Shown piece after piece: positions 40,680 through 48,684 of a DNA stretch of 64,000 bases. Where the stretch lies: positions 192,001 to 256,000 of the forward strand of contig CAVOXA010000015.1 of assembly GCA_963700285.1 (NCBI GenBank), in the 5' to 3' direction. Made by a program: the position numbers and the translations under genes. How positions within the stretch are numbered: position 1 is the first letter of the stretch; each line of letters starts with the position of its first letter. Origin of the DNA: an uncultured Chloroflexia bacterium. Its GTDB lineage: Bacteria > Chloroflexota > Anaerolineae > JAAYZQ01. Below the pieces are notes generated by a model that worked only from the letters and a program-made list of their open reading frames with translations, was not told the DNA's origin and searched no databases.

Positions 40680-41816
40680 TTAGATCGCCTCCGCCACCAA
40701 CTCCATAATGTCCATGACCCGGATCCTATCCTCCAACTCCAGGATCTTGACCGCGTCCTCCAGCGTCAGCAGGCAGAAGGGACAGGAAACGGCCAACACC
40801 TCCGCGCCCATGCCAACCGCGTCGCGTACCCGCTGGTGAGCCAGCCTCTCCTCGATGTTGGTGCCCTCGGCCCACATCCGGCCGCCGCCGCCTTCACAAC
40901 ATACGCTCCGCTCCCGGGAACGGTCCAAATCCTCAAATTCGATGCCGGGAATCGACTTCAAGATGTAGCGCGGCTCGTCATAGATGCCGTTGTGCTTGCC
41001 CAGGAAGCAGGGATCATGGTAGGTTACCTTTTTGCGGACCTCATGGCCGTAGGTCAGTTTGCCCTGATCCAGCAGCTCGATCAGAAGCTGGCTGTAGTGC
41101 TGCACAGGGAAGGGCATCTCGCCATACTCGTTCTTGAAGGTGTTGTAACAGTGGGGCGAAGCGGTCACCATTCGCCTGGCTTGAAATTCCTGGACCATCT
41201 CGTGGAACTCTTCGACCATCGACTCAAAGCCTTCAGCTTCGCCAATACGTTTGATCTCGTTGCCGCAGCACATCTCATCCATGCCCATGGTGCCAAAGTC
41301 AAGGCCCGCCCGCTGAAACACCGTCGCCAGGGCGCGGGTTACGGGCTGGATACGGGGGTCGTAGGCCGGTGTGCAGCCCACGTAGAAAAGGAGATCGGTC
41401 TCGCCCTCACCCAGGACATTCTTGACCTCAAAGCCCAGTTCCTCAGCCCACTGCTCACGACCTTCGGTGGGAAAACCCAGGGTGTTGCCCCGAGTAAAAG
41501 CGCTCATCAGCGCATCCCGGACGCGGGGGGGCACGCCCTTTCCCTCCTCGACGATATAGCCCCGCAAGCCAATAATGACATCGGCGGGATGGATGTCTTT
41601 GGGGCAGCGGGTCGTGCAGGTCAGACAGTTGGTGCAGTCCCACAGGACGTCAAGGCCACCGGTTTCGATGCTGTCCTCGATCAGCGCCTCGTAGATGATG
41701 CCCCGGATGTTGAGGCCCGTCTTCATCGAGACCGGACAGGCCCCGGTGCACCTCCCGCACTGGATGCATTCCAGCAGGGTGTATTCGCGTACAAAATCGT
41801 GGGTATCAATGCGCAT
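40680..41816 (-). CDS. HdrD/HdrF-like Fe-S oxidoreductase (2[4Fe-4S] plus two CCG domains)
   Basis: CIQCGRCTGACP, CTNCLTCTTRCP, CCG, YHDPC.LG, CCEGGGG, CPFC. Confidence 0.88.
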   Translation of the reverse strand: MRIDTHDFVREYTLLECIQCGRCTGACPVSMKTGLNIRGIIYEALIEDSIETGGLDVLWDCTNCLTCTTRCPKDIHPADVIIGLRGYIVEEGKGVPPRVRDALMSAFTRGNTLGFPTEGREQWAEELGFEVKNVLGEGETDLLFYVGCTPAYDPRIQPVTRALATVFQRAGLDFGTMGMDEMCCGNEIKRIGEAEGFESMVEEFHEMVQEFQARRMVTASPHCYNTFKNEYGEMPFPVQHYSQLLIELLDQGKLTYGHEVRKKVTYHDPCFLGKHNGIYDEPRYILKSIPGIEFEDLDRSRERSVCCEGGGGRMWAEGTNIEERLAHQRVRDAVGMGAEVLAVSCPFCLLTLEDAVKILELEDRIRVMDIMELVAEAI

Positions 41817-41847
41817 GCTACCCCCTCACCAACCATCGTATTGCCAC

Positions 41848-42108
41848 TTACCGATAGACTTCCCGTCGGTGCCTCACACGTGTAACTCAGACGAGGTTAT
41901 TGCCGTCATCGATTTCGTACACGATGCGATACCGTCCAACTCGAATACGATACAGGCGCTGGTGCCCTGAAAGCTTCCGAACACCCGGCGGGCGTGGTTC
42001 CTGTGCCGGGCGGTCTATCACGGCAGCAACCCGCTGCTTCACTTCGATGGGCAAAGATCGGAATTCCCTGCCTGCCGAGGACGCAAATTCGACATCATAC
42101 ACCGCCAC
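41848..42108 (-). pseudogene. relE: RelE/ParE family toxin with an in-frame TGA at 41887-41889
   Basis: PRPPGVRKLSG..YRIRVGRYRIVYEIDD..LV*VTRVRHRREVYR: the conserved C-terminus lies past the stop. Confidence 0.8.
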
Positions 42109-42361
42109 TGGCAGCTTCCTCGTCGGCCAACTCCGCCCTCAGCGTCTCCCAGGGGATGGTTGGCTCATCTTTTCGAGACTCAGACACCAGCATGCCATGG
42201 AAATCTTCCCAAAGCTCCCCCCACTCCTTGAGACTGAGGACCACGGCGGTGCGTTCTCCAGATTCGTCGACGAGGTACTGGACTCCCTTCAGGATTGCCC
42301 CCTGGTCACTGATCCGATAGGCGGCTCTTGCCTCCTTCATGGAGTCTTCTTCGTGCTCCAT
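42095..42361 (-). CDS. Putative type II antitoxin
   Basis: Small acidic protein (QYLVDESGERTAVVL..WED...IPWE) overlapping the relE start. Confidence 0.7.
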   Translation of the reverse strand: MEHEEDSMKEARAAYRISDQGAILKGVQYLVDESGERTAVVLSLKEWGELWEDFHGMLVSESRKDEPTIPWETLRAELADEEAASGGV

Positions 42362-42457
42362 TGTCTCCCAACCTTTCTATCTAGCTGTTCCGCTGATGTC
42401 CTCGATCCACGCCAAGACCAAAGGTAGCCAGCAGAGCAGGCTCGGGTCAATCCGGTG

Positions 42458-43585
42458 CTACTGGGCCAGACGGTTGTACTCTGTCAGCACTTGCCGCAGG
42501 CGATCATGCGGCAGGGCATAGACCGTCGTGCCGTCGATGCCGATCATGGTCTCGGCAGCTATGAGAGCATTGACGATGGCTTCCTCCACAGCAAATACCG
42601 TTGCTTCAAAGAGCGGCGTCATCTGGCCGTTGGGCAGGCTCTCAACCTTCGAGATGCCTTCGCGCTGCGCTGCGCCGGGGTTGGCGGTAGAGAAGGCGAT
42701 GAAAATGTCCCCAGAGCCGTTGGCGCCCATGCCGCCCACGCGCGCGATGCCCAGCGGCACGCGCCTGGCCAAACGTTTGAGTTGGTGCGGCAAGAGTGGC
42801 GCGTCCGTGGCAACCACCACGATGATGGAACTGCCCCCCATTTCGGCTGGTTGGGTTGGGCTCGGACCAGCATCCTTGTTGCCCGAAACCGGCTGAAGAT
42901 CGGGTATCTCACGCCCAACGGGAACACCAGCCACGGCAAGATTGCGCCTGTCGCCATGGTTGGCCTGAACCAAAACCCCGACCGTATACCCGCCACGCCC
43001 GGTCTCAAGCTGTCGAGACGCTGTACCGATGCCGCCCTTGAAATCGTGGCAGACCATGCCGGTCCCGCCGCCAACGTTGCCCTCAGCCACGGGGCCGGTT
43101 GAGGCCTGCTCCAGGGCGGCAAAGACGTGCTCCTGTTTCACATGGAAGCCGTTGATATCGTTCAATCCGCCGTCGTAGGTTTCAGCGACCACCGGCAGGC
43201 TCCAGGAAATGCCGGAAAAAGTCGGATCGGTAAGGCGCTTTTCAACGGTCCAGGCGACAACTGCATCCCGCACAATGCCCACACTGTGCGTGTTGGTGAC
43301 CATCACCGGGCCTTCCAGAAACCCCGACTCCTCGACCCAGGTCGTGCCGGTCATTTCCCCATTGCCATTTAGGGAATACCAGCCGGCAAAGACCGGATCG
43401 TGCATCTTGCCCCGCGGCAGGATCGCCGTGACCCCTGTCCTGACCGGGCCCTTGCCTACCTGCAGTTTCCCCTCACCGGATATCAGGGTTGTATGCCCCA
43501 CCTCGACACCCTGCACGTCGATGATGGCGTTCAGAGATCCAGGCACCCCCTCAAAGGGGATGCCCAGGTCACGTGCTCTAGGCAT
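42458..43585 (-). CDS. DmpA/P1 (S58) aminopeptidase
   Basis: RARDLG, GVEVGH, TGVTAILP, EGNVGGGTGM, G-S-S-II autoproteolysis site, GSGDIFIAFST. Confidence 0.9.
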   Translation of the reverse strand: MPRARDLGIPFEGVPGSLNAIIDVQGVEVGHTTLISGEGKLQVGKGPVRTGVTAILPRGKMHDPVFAGWYSLNGNGEMTGTTWVEESGFLEGPVMVTNTHSVGIVRDAVVAWTVEKRLTDPTFSGISWSLPVVAETYDGGLNDINGFHVKQEHVFAALEQASTGPVAEGNVGGGTGMVCHDFKGGIGTASRQLETGRGGYTVGVLVQANHGDRRNLAVAGVPVGREIPDLQPVSGNKDAGPSPTQPAEMGGSSIIVVVATDAPLLPHQLKRLARRVPLGIARVGGMGANGSGDIFIAFSTANPGAAQREGISKVESLPNGQMTPLFEATVFAVEEAIVNALIAAETMIGIDGTTVYALPHDRLRQVLTEYNRLAQ

Positions 43586-43627
43586 GGCTCTCCTCCCCGC
43601 GCTTTCTCCCATATGATGTGCTGTCCT

Positions 43628-46411
43628 TCACTCTTGGCCAACAAGGCTCTGCACGGTATTGGCAGCCCACTCTCGCTTGAGCTGCGACAAGGCGACGATG
43701 GTTCGTCCTGCTGCCGCTTTGGCCTGAGCGACGGTGTCAGGGATGTCCTTGGGTGCCTGGCAGTTCCCGGCCAAAAAGATGCCCGGCCGCTGTGTGTCCA
43801 CAGGGCGCAGCTCGGGGTGGAGTTCGGCAAAGAAACCGTCCTCTGAGAATTCAAGCTCCAGTATATCCGCCACCTGTCCCGCATCGGCCCGGGGCTGGAC
43901 ACCCGTGGCCAGAACCACCAGGTCGGCGGGCACTTCTACGGTCTTGCCCAGCAGCGTATCCTCAGCGCGGACGATCAGCTTGTCGCCACGCTTATAGATC
44001 TCGGCGGGATTGCCCCGGCGGTAGATGATGCCTTCGGCCCGCACACGATCGTAGAACTCTTCAAAGCCCTTGCCAAAAGCCCGCACGTCCATATAGAATA
44101 CCGTGATCTTGGATCCAGGCGCCTTATCGTGGGCCAGGTGGGCCTGTTTGGCCGTGTACATGCAACAGATGCGCGAGCAGTACTCCTCGCCCGATCCGTC
44201 TGCCGCGCCGGCCTTGTCCCGGGAGCCGACGCAGTGGACGAACACAATCTCCTCAGGCTCCCTGCCGTTGACCTTGATCTTGCCCGCTGTTGGTCCTGAC
44301 GCGGACGCCAGCCGCTCGAATTCCAACCCCGAGAGCACGTTGGGATAGCGCCCATAGCCGAATTCAGGCTTGCGCGTGGCGTCAAAAGGGTCAAATCCGG
44401 TAGCGACGACAACGGCGCCTACGTCCAGTTCGACGACCTCGTCTCGCATATTGTGGTCAATGGCCTGAGGCTGGCAGGCTATCTCGCATTGGCGGCATTC
44501 CGAACAGACGCCGCAGTCCAGGCAGCGCAGCGCCTCGGCCACGGCTTGTTCCTCGGTGAATCCCAACTCTACCTCGGCGAAATCGCTCCCCCGTTCTTTC
44601 AGGGGGAGCTGGGGCATGGCCACCCGCCCCTGCTTGTGCGCCCGGCGCAGATCCAGTGCCTCAAAAGGAACAACGGGCAAGCCATCTTGTGGTACGGCGA
44701 GGTCTTGCCCCAGAAAGTAGCGGTGGATGCTCTTGGCCGCGCGCTTGCCCGTGGCGATGGCCTCAATGGCGGTGGCTGGCCCGCTGACAGTATCGCCGCC
44801 CGCAAAGACGCCCGTAGCTCCTGTGGCCAGCGTGGCCGGATCGACGACCAGGGTTCCCCAACGGGAGACCTGTAGCTCCCCTGAATTCACAAAGCCCAGA
44901 TCAGGTGTCTGGCCGATGGCCGGGATAACCATGTCCACATCCAATAGGAACTCGGAGCCCTCGATGGGAATGGGTCGGCGACGGCCGCTGGCATCAGGCT
45001 TGCCCAGTTCCATGCGCTGGCACTGTATGCCTGCGACGTGTGACGATGCGCCTGGCCCATCCTGGCCCAGAATGCGGATGGGGTTGGCCAAAAAGTGGAA
45101 TCGGACGCCCTCTTTTTCCGCATCCTCCACTTCCCAAGCGCTGGCAGGCATCTCAGCTCGGGAGCGGCGGTAGACGACGGTCACCGATTCAGCTCCCAGG
45201 CGTAAAGACGAGCGAGCCGCATCGATGGCCACGTTCCCCCCGCCGACCACGGCTACGCGATGGCCAATGGTGACGGGGCGCCCCAGGTTCAGATCGCGCA
45301 AGAATGCCGCGCCCGGAACTACGCCGTCCAAATCCTCGCCCGCGATGCGTAGCTGGCGTTCCTGGTGGGCGCCGACCGTGACAAATACCGCATCGTACGT
45401 ACGGCGCAGGTCATCCAGCGTGGGGCCGCCTGGTCCACCAACGGGTGTATTCAGCCTGATCTCGACCCCTAGTTCCTCGATGCGGGCAATCTCCTTTTCC
45501 AGAACCGCTCGAGGGAGGCGGTAATCGGGAATCCCCACGGCCAGCATGCCGCCAGCCACCGGCAGCGCCTCAAAGACGGTCACACTGTAACCTTCGAGGG
45601 CCAGGTCCTGCGCTGCCGTCAGCCCGGCTGGCCCGGCGCCAATGATGGCCACGGTCTGGTCTCTGTGCACACCAGGAGCGGGCAGCGGAGAGGATTCCTC
45701 CTCAAGGTCGGCGACAAAGCGCTTCAGCGCACAGATGGCAATGGGCTGGTCATACTCACCCCGGCTGCAGGCTGTCTCGCAGGGGTGATGGCATACCCGA
45801 CCAATGACGCCGGGAAAGGGGATGGTTCGCCGGATGAGAGCCAGTGATTCGGCAAACTTGCCCTGGCCGACGAGGGCCACATAGCCCTGGACATCGATGT
45901 GGGCCGGGCAGGCCTCCTTGCAAGGCGGCCAGCCGCGCTTGTCGATAGTATATTTGTTGGGTACGGCCTGGGGAAAGGGGACATAGATGGCGTGACGATC
46001 CGCCATCTCCATATCAAACTCATTGGGCACGGTCACGGGGCAGACCTTGGCACAATCACCGCAGCCGGTACACTTGGCCATGTCCACATAGCGGGCTTTT
46101 TTCAGAACCCGCGCCCGGAACGCTCCCACCTTGCCTTCCACACCCAGCAGCTCGCTGTAGGTCATCAGCTCGATGTTGGCGTGGTTGGCCACGTCCACCA
46201 TCTTGGGGGTCAGGATACAGGCTGAGCAATCAAGGGTGGGGAACGTTTTATCCAGTTGGGCCATGTGGCCGCCCACGCTGGGGTCTCGCTCCACCAGGTA
46301 GACACGGAACCCGGCGTCGCCGATATCCAGCGCCGCCTGGATGCCCGCGATCCCCGCGCCGATGACCAGGGCTGCGGGTTTCTTTTCTAATTCGCTCATA
46401 CGCTGCTCCAT
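43628..46411 (-). CDS. HdrL-like protein: HdrA module with an inserted GltD/NfnB-type NAD(P)H oxidoreductase module
   Basis: GAGIAG..FPTLDCSAC, then CKEACPAHIDV/GRVCHHPCE, GAGPAG and GGGNVAIDAA, then CVGSR..YCSRICC. Confidence 0.88.
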   Translation of the reverse strand: MEQRMSELEKKPAALVIGAGIAGIQAALDIGDAGFRVYLVERDPSVGGHMAQLDKTFPTLDCSACILTPKMVDVANHANIELMTYSELLGVEGKVGAFRARVLKKARYVDMAKCTGCGDCAKVCPVTVPNEFDMEMADRHAIYVPFPQAVPNKYTIDKRGWPPCKEACPAHIDVQGYVALVGQGKFAESLALIRRTIPFPGVIGRVCHHPCETACSRGEYDQPIAICALKRFVADLEEESSPLPAPGVHRDQTVAIIGAGPAGLTAAQDLALEGYSVTVFEALPVAGGMLAVGIPDYRLPRAVLEKEIARIEELGVEIRLNTPVGGPGGPTLDDLRRTYDAVFVTVGAHQERQLRIAGEDLDGVVPGAAFLRDLNLGRPVTIGHRVAVVGGGNVAIDAARSSLRLGAESVTVVYRRSRAEMPASAWEVEDAEKEGVRFHFLANPIRILGQDGPGASSHVAGIQCQRMELGKPDASGRRRPIPIEGSEFLLDVDMVIPAIGQTPDLGFVNSGELQVSRWGTLVVDPATLATGATGVFAGGDTVSGPATAIEAIATGKRAAKSIHRYFLGQDLAVPQDGLPVVPFEALDLRRAHKQGRVAMPQLPLKERGSDFAEVELGFTEEQAVAEALRCLDCGVCSECRQCEIACQPQAIDHNMRDEVVELDVGAVVVATGFDPFDATRKPEFGYGRYPNVLSGLEFERLASASGPTAGKIKVNGREPEEIVFVHCVGSRDKAGAADGSGEEYCSRICCMYTAKQAHLAHDKAPGSKITVFYMDVRAFGKGFEEFYDRVRAEGIIYRRGNPAEIYKRGDKLIVRAEDTLLGKTVEVPADLVVLATGVQPRADAGQVADILELEFSEDGFFAELHPELRPVDTQRPGIFLAGNCQAPKDIPDTVAQAKAAAGRTIVALSQLKREWAANTVQSLVGQE

Positions 46412-46448
46412 GGTGCGCAGGGCGTCAAACGCAAGATGCAGCCGGATC

Positions 46449-47588
46449 TCACGGGCGGGGCCTTTCGCCTAGGGTTGTCAATTCATCCTCGCGGAACTCT
46501 TGTACCGGTGCTGCCTCCGCCAGGCTCCGGCCAGGATGGTAGTCAAAGATGGCCTGCACCTTTTCCCCTACGGCCCGAAAGACCGTACCCACGGGAATGT
46601 CCACAGGACAGGCCTCGGTGCATAGTCCGCAGCCCACACAACTGGTCACCATGTGGTTCAGGCGCGTCAGGTGGAACAGCAGCGTGTCAGGCAGCATCCG
46701 TACCTCGCCCTTGCGCGCCGCCCACTGGTAGTAAAGCTGCGACTCGTGCTCAAAGGTCGCCGTTCGAAAGATGCACTCCTTGCAGTAGCAGATGGGACAG
46801 TTGATCATGCAGTTGTGACAGCGGATGCAGGTGGAAAACTCTTGCAGCAGCCCCCCCATACTGTCCACCCGGTCCCGGAACGCAGCAAAGGCAGCATCGC
46901 GGGCCTCCACGCGGGCTGCAACCAGCTTTTCTACGGCCTCCGCCCTACCGGCCGGTGCACCGTTGGCCGCCACGCCCAGCGGTGCGGCCAGCGTATCTCG
47001 TGCCTTGAGATAGACCTTGCCCGGCTCAACCCCCACCAAGCCGATGGTCAAGTCCACGTGGTCGCCATCGGGCAGCGGTTGCTCGCACATCTGGCAGGCG
47101 GCCCGGAAGGCCATGGCCTCGCGGGGCTTGGGCTCGCCCCCCTCCGCACCGGCCAGCAGCTCTGCCACCAACTGGCCCTTGTCCTCCACAGCCTGGTAGT
47201 CGGTGACGCCATACGTGCCCAGGCAATCGATGCCCACGATCAGGACCTGGTCCCCGGATCTCGCATTGGCCTTGGCCTGCTGGAACTTGACCAGTTCGAC
47301 CAGAGCCCGGATCTCACAGGCGCGCAGGACCACCCCGAGCTTCTCCTGGTGGCCGGTCACCGTCAGGTTGGCCACCGCCCGCGCGGCGTTGATGGGCAGC
47401 ACCGGCGCCAGGGGATCGGCCCTCTGCAGCGCCTCCGGGTCGCTCACCAACATCGGCGCGACGGTTCCACCAGGCAACGTCATGGGTACCAGCAAGGCGT
47501 CTACGACATGCTTGTCCAGCAGCTTTCTCAACAGACCCTGAATCGTCGCCAGCGTGCCGTCTTGTACCTCTATGGTTGCTTCAATCAT
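46449..47588 (-). CDS. FdhB/FrhB-like 4Fe-4S protein
   Basis: RACE.RAL.EL, GIDC.G, CQMC, CIRCHNC..CPICYC, CVGCGLCTEACP. Confidence 0.8.
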   Translation of the reverse strand: MIEATIEVQDGTLATIQGLLRKLLDKHVVDALLVPMTLPGGTVAPMLVSDPEALQRADPLAPVLPINAARAVANLTVTGHQEKLGVVLRACEIRALVELVKFQQAKANARSGDQVLIVGIDCLGTYGVTDYQAVEDKGQLVAELLAGAEGGEPKPREAMAFRAACQMCEQPLPDGDHVDLTIGLVGVEPGKVYLKARDTLAAPLGVAANGAPAGRAEAVEKLVAARVEARDAAFAAFRDRVDSMGGLLQEFSTCIRCHNCMINCPICYCKECIFRTATFEHESQLYYQWAARKGEVRMLPDTLLFHLTRLNHMVTSCVGCGLCTEACPVDIPVGTVFRAVGEKVQAIFDYHPGRSLAEAAPVQEFREDELTTLGERPRP

Positions 47589-47641
47589 CCCTCACCCTCG
47601 CGCCAAATATGAAACCCACCCCGTCGCTGCCAATCTCCAGA

Positions 47642-48070
47642 TCAGATCGACCCAACACCCTTGAGTGGATTGGGTCCCTTCGCTTTCAGGGTCGCCACCA
47701 TGTCAGTCACGGTGTCGGCAAAGTACTGGCCCTCGCTGGCGCTGATCCAGCGCAGCCAGACACGGTCGGAATCAAAGCCCATCTGGTCCAGGATATTCTG
47801 CAGAATGGCCATCCGGCGGCGGGCTTTGTAGTTGCCGCTCTGGTAGTGGCAGTCGCCGGGATGGCAGCCGCCGACGAGGACACCGTCGGCGCCCTCCAAC
47901 AGGGCTTTGGAGACATAGACCGGGTCCAGGCCGCCGGAGCACATGAGGCGGATGATGCGGATGTTGGGCGGGTACTGGATGCGAGAGGTACCCGCCAGGT
48001 CGGCACCGGTATAGGTGCACCAGTTGCACAGAAAGGCGATGATTCTGGGTTCAAACTCGGCCTCAGCCAT
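47642..48070 (-). CDS. mvhD: MvhD [2Fe-2S] subunit
   Basis: FLCNWCTYTGAD, RLMCSG, GADGVLVGGCHPGDCHY, WISASEG. Confidence 0.93.
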   Translation of the reverse strand: MAEAEFEPRIIAFLCNWCTYTGADLAGTSRIQYPPNIRIIRLMCSGGLDPVYVSKALLEGADGVLVGGCHPGDCHYQSGNYKARRRMAILQNILDQMGFDSDRVWLRWISASEGQYFADTVTDMVATLKAKGPNPLKGVGSI

Positions 48071-48667
48071 CTACTCCTCCCGGACGTCCAGGATTTCCAT
48101 ACCAAGGGCTTCCATAATGGCTACGAGCTTTTCGCTTGGCACATCGGCAACCTTTACGGTAACCATCCGGTTGGTGGGATCCTCTCCCCTAAACGTGCCC
48201 AAGGCCAAGACATTGCCCCCCATCGAGGCAATCTCACCGGTGAGACTGGCCAACATCCCCTTCTCTTCGGGTATCAGCATGGTGAGGCGTACACCTTGCT
48301 CTCTGGCGCCCAGCAACTCGAGGAAGACTTTGAACAGATCTGTTTCGGTGATGATCCCCACCAACCTCATGCCGCGCATAACGGGCAAACTGCTTATCTT
48401 TTGATCGGCCATGATGCGAGCTGCTTCTTCGAGGGCGGTATATTCGGTGACTGTGACCACGTCAATCGTCATGACTTCTTCGACTGAATCGTCGCTGCTG
48501 GCCCGTAGAAGGTCTTTTTCTGACACGATACCGATGAGTACGTCGTTGTTATCTAGGACCGGCAGGTGTCGTAGCTTGCGCTTTTCGACAATCTCCAGTG
48601 CCTGCCTGACGGTTGTCGCCCAGGTGATGGTCACTGGATTGGGTGTCATTCGCTCGATGATTAGCAT
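48071..48667 (-). CDS. CBS-pair plus ACT domain protein (AcuB-like)
   Basis: MTPNPVT..RHLPV..GIVSEKD, ISSLPV..GIITETD, C-terminal ACT (KGMLASLT). Confidence 0.88.
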   Translation of the reverse strand: MLIIERMTPNPVTITWATTVRQALEIVEKRKLRHLPVLDNNDVLIGIVSEKDLLRASSDDSVEEVMTIDVVTVTEYTALEEAARIMADQKISSLPVMRGMRLVGIITETDLFKVFLELLGAREQGVRLTMLIPEEKGMLASLTGEIASMGGNVLALGTFRGEDPTNRMVTVKVADVPSEKLVAIMEALGMEILDVREE

Positions 48668-48684
48668 ATCTTTTTCATCTCCTC

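Noticed and set aside
39489-41885. 798-aa plus-strand ORF
   Set aside because: Antisense shadow of the hdrA and HdrD-like genes in high-GC sequence; no recognisable motifs.
29113-41889. Genome-wide stop-codon reassignment suggested by two in-frame stops
   Set aside because: The two stops are different codons (TAG and TGA), both are used as normal terminators throughout, and both fit C>T changes.
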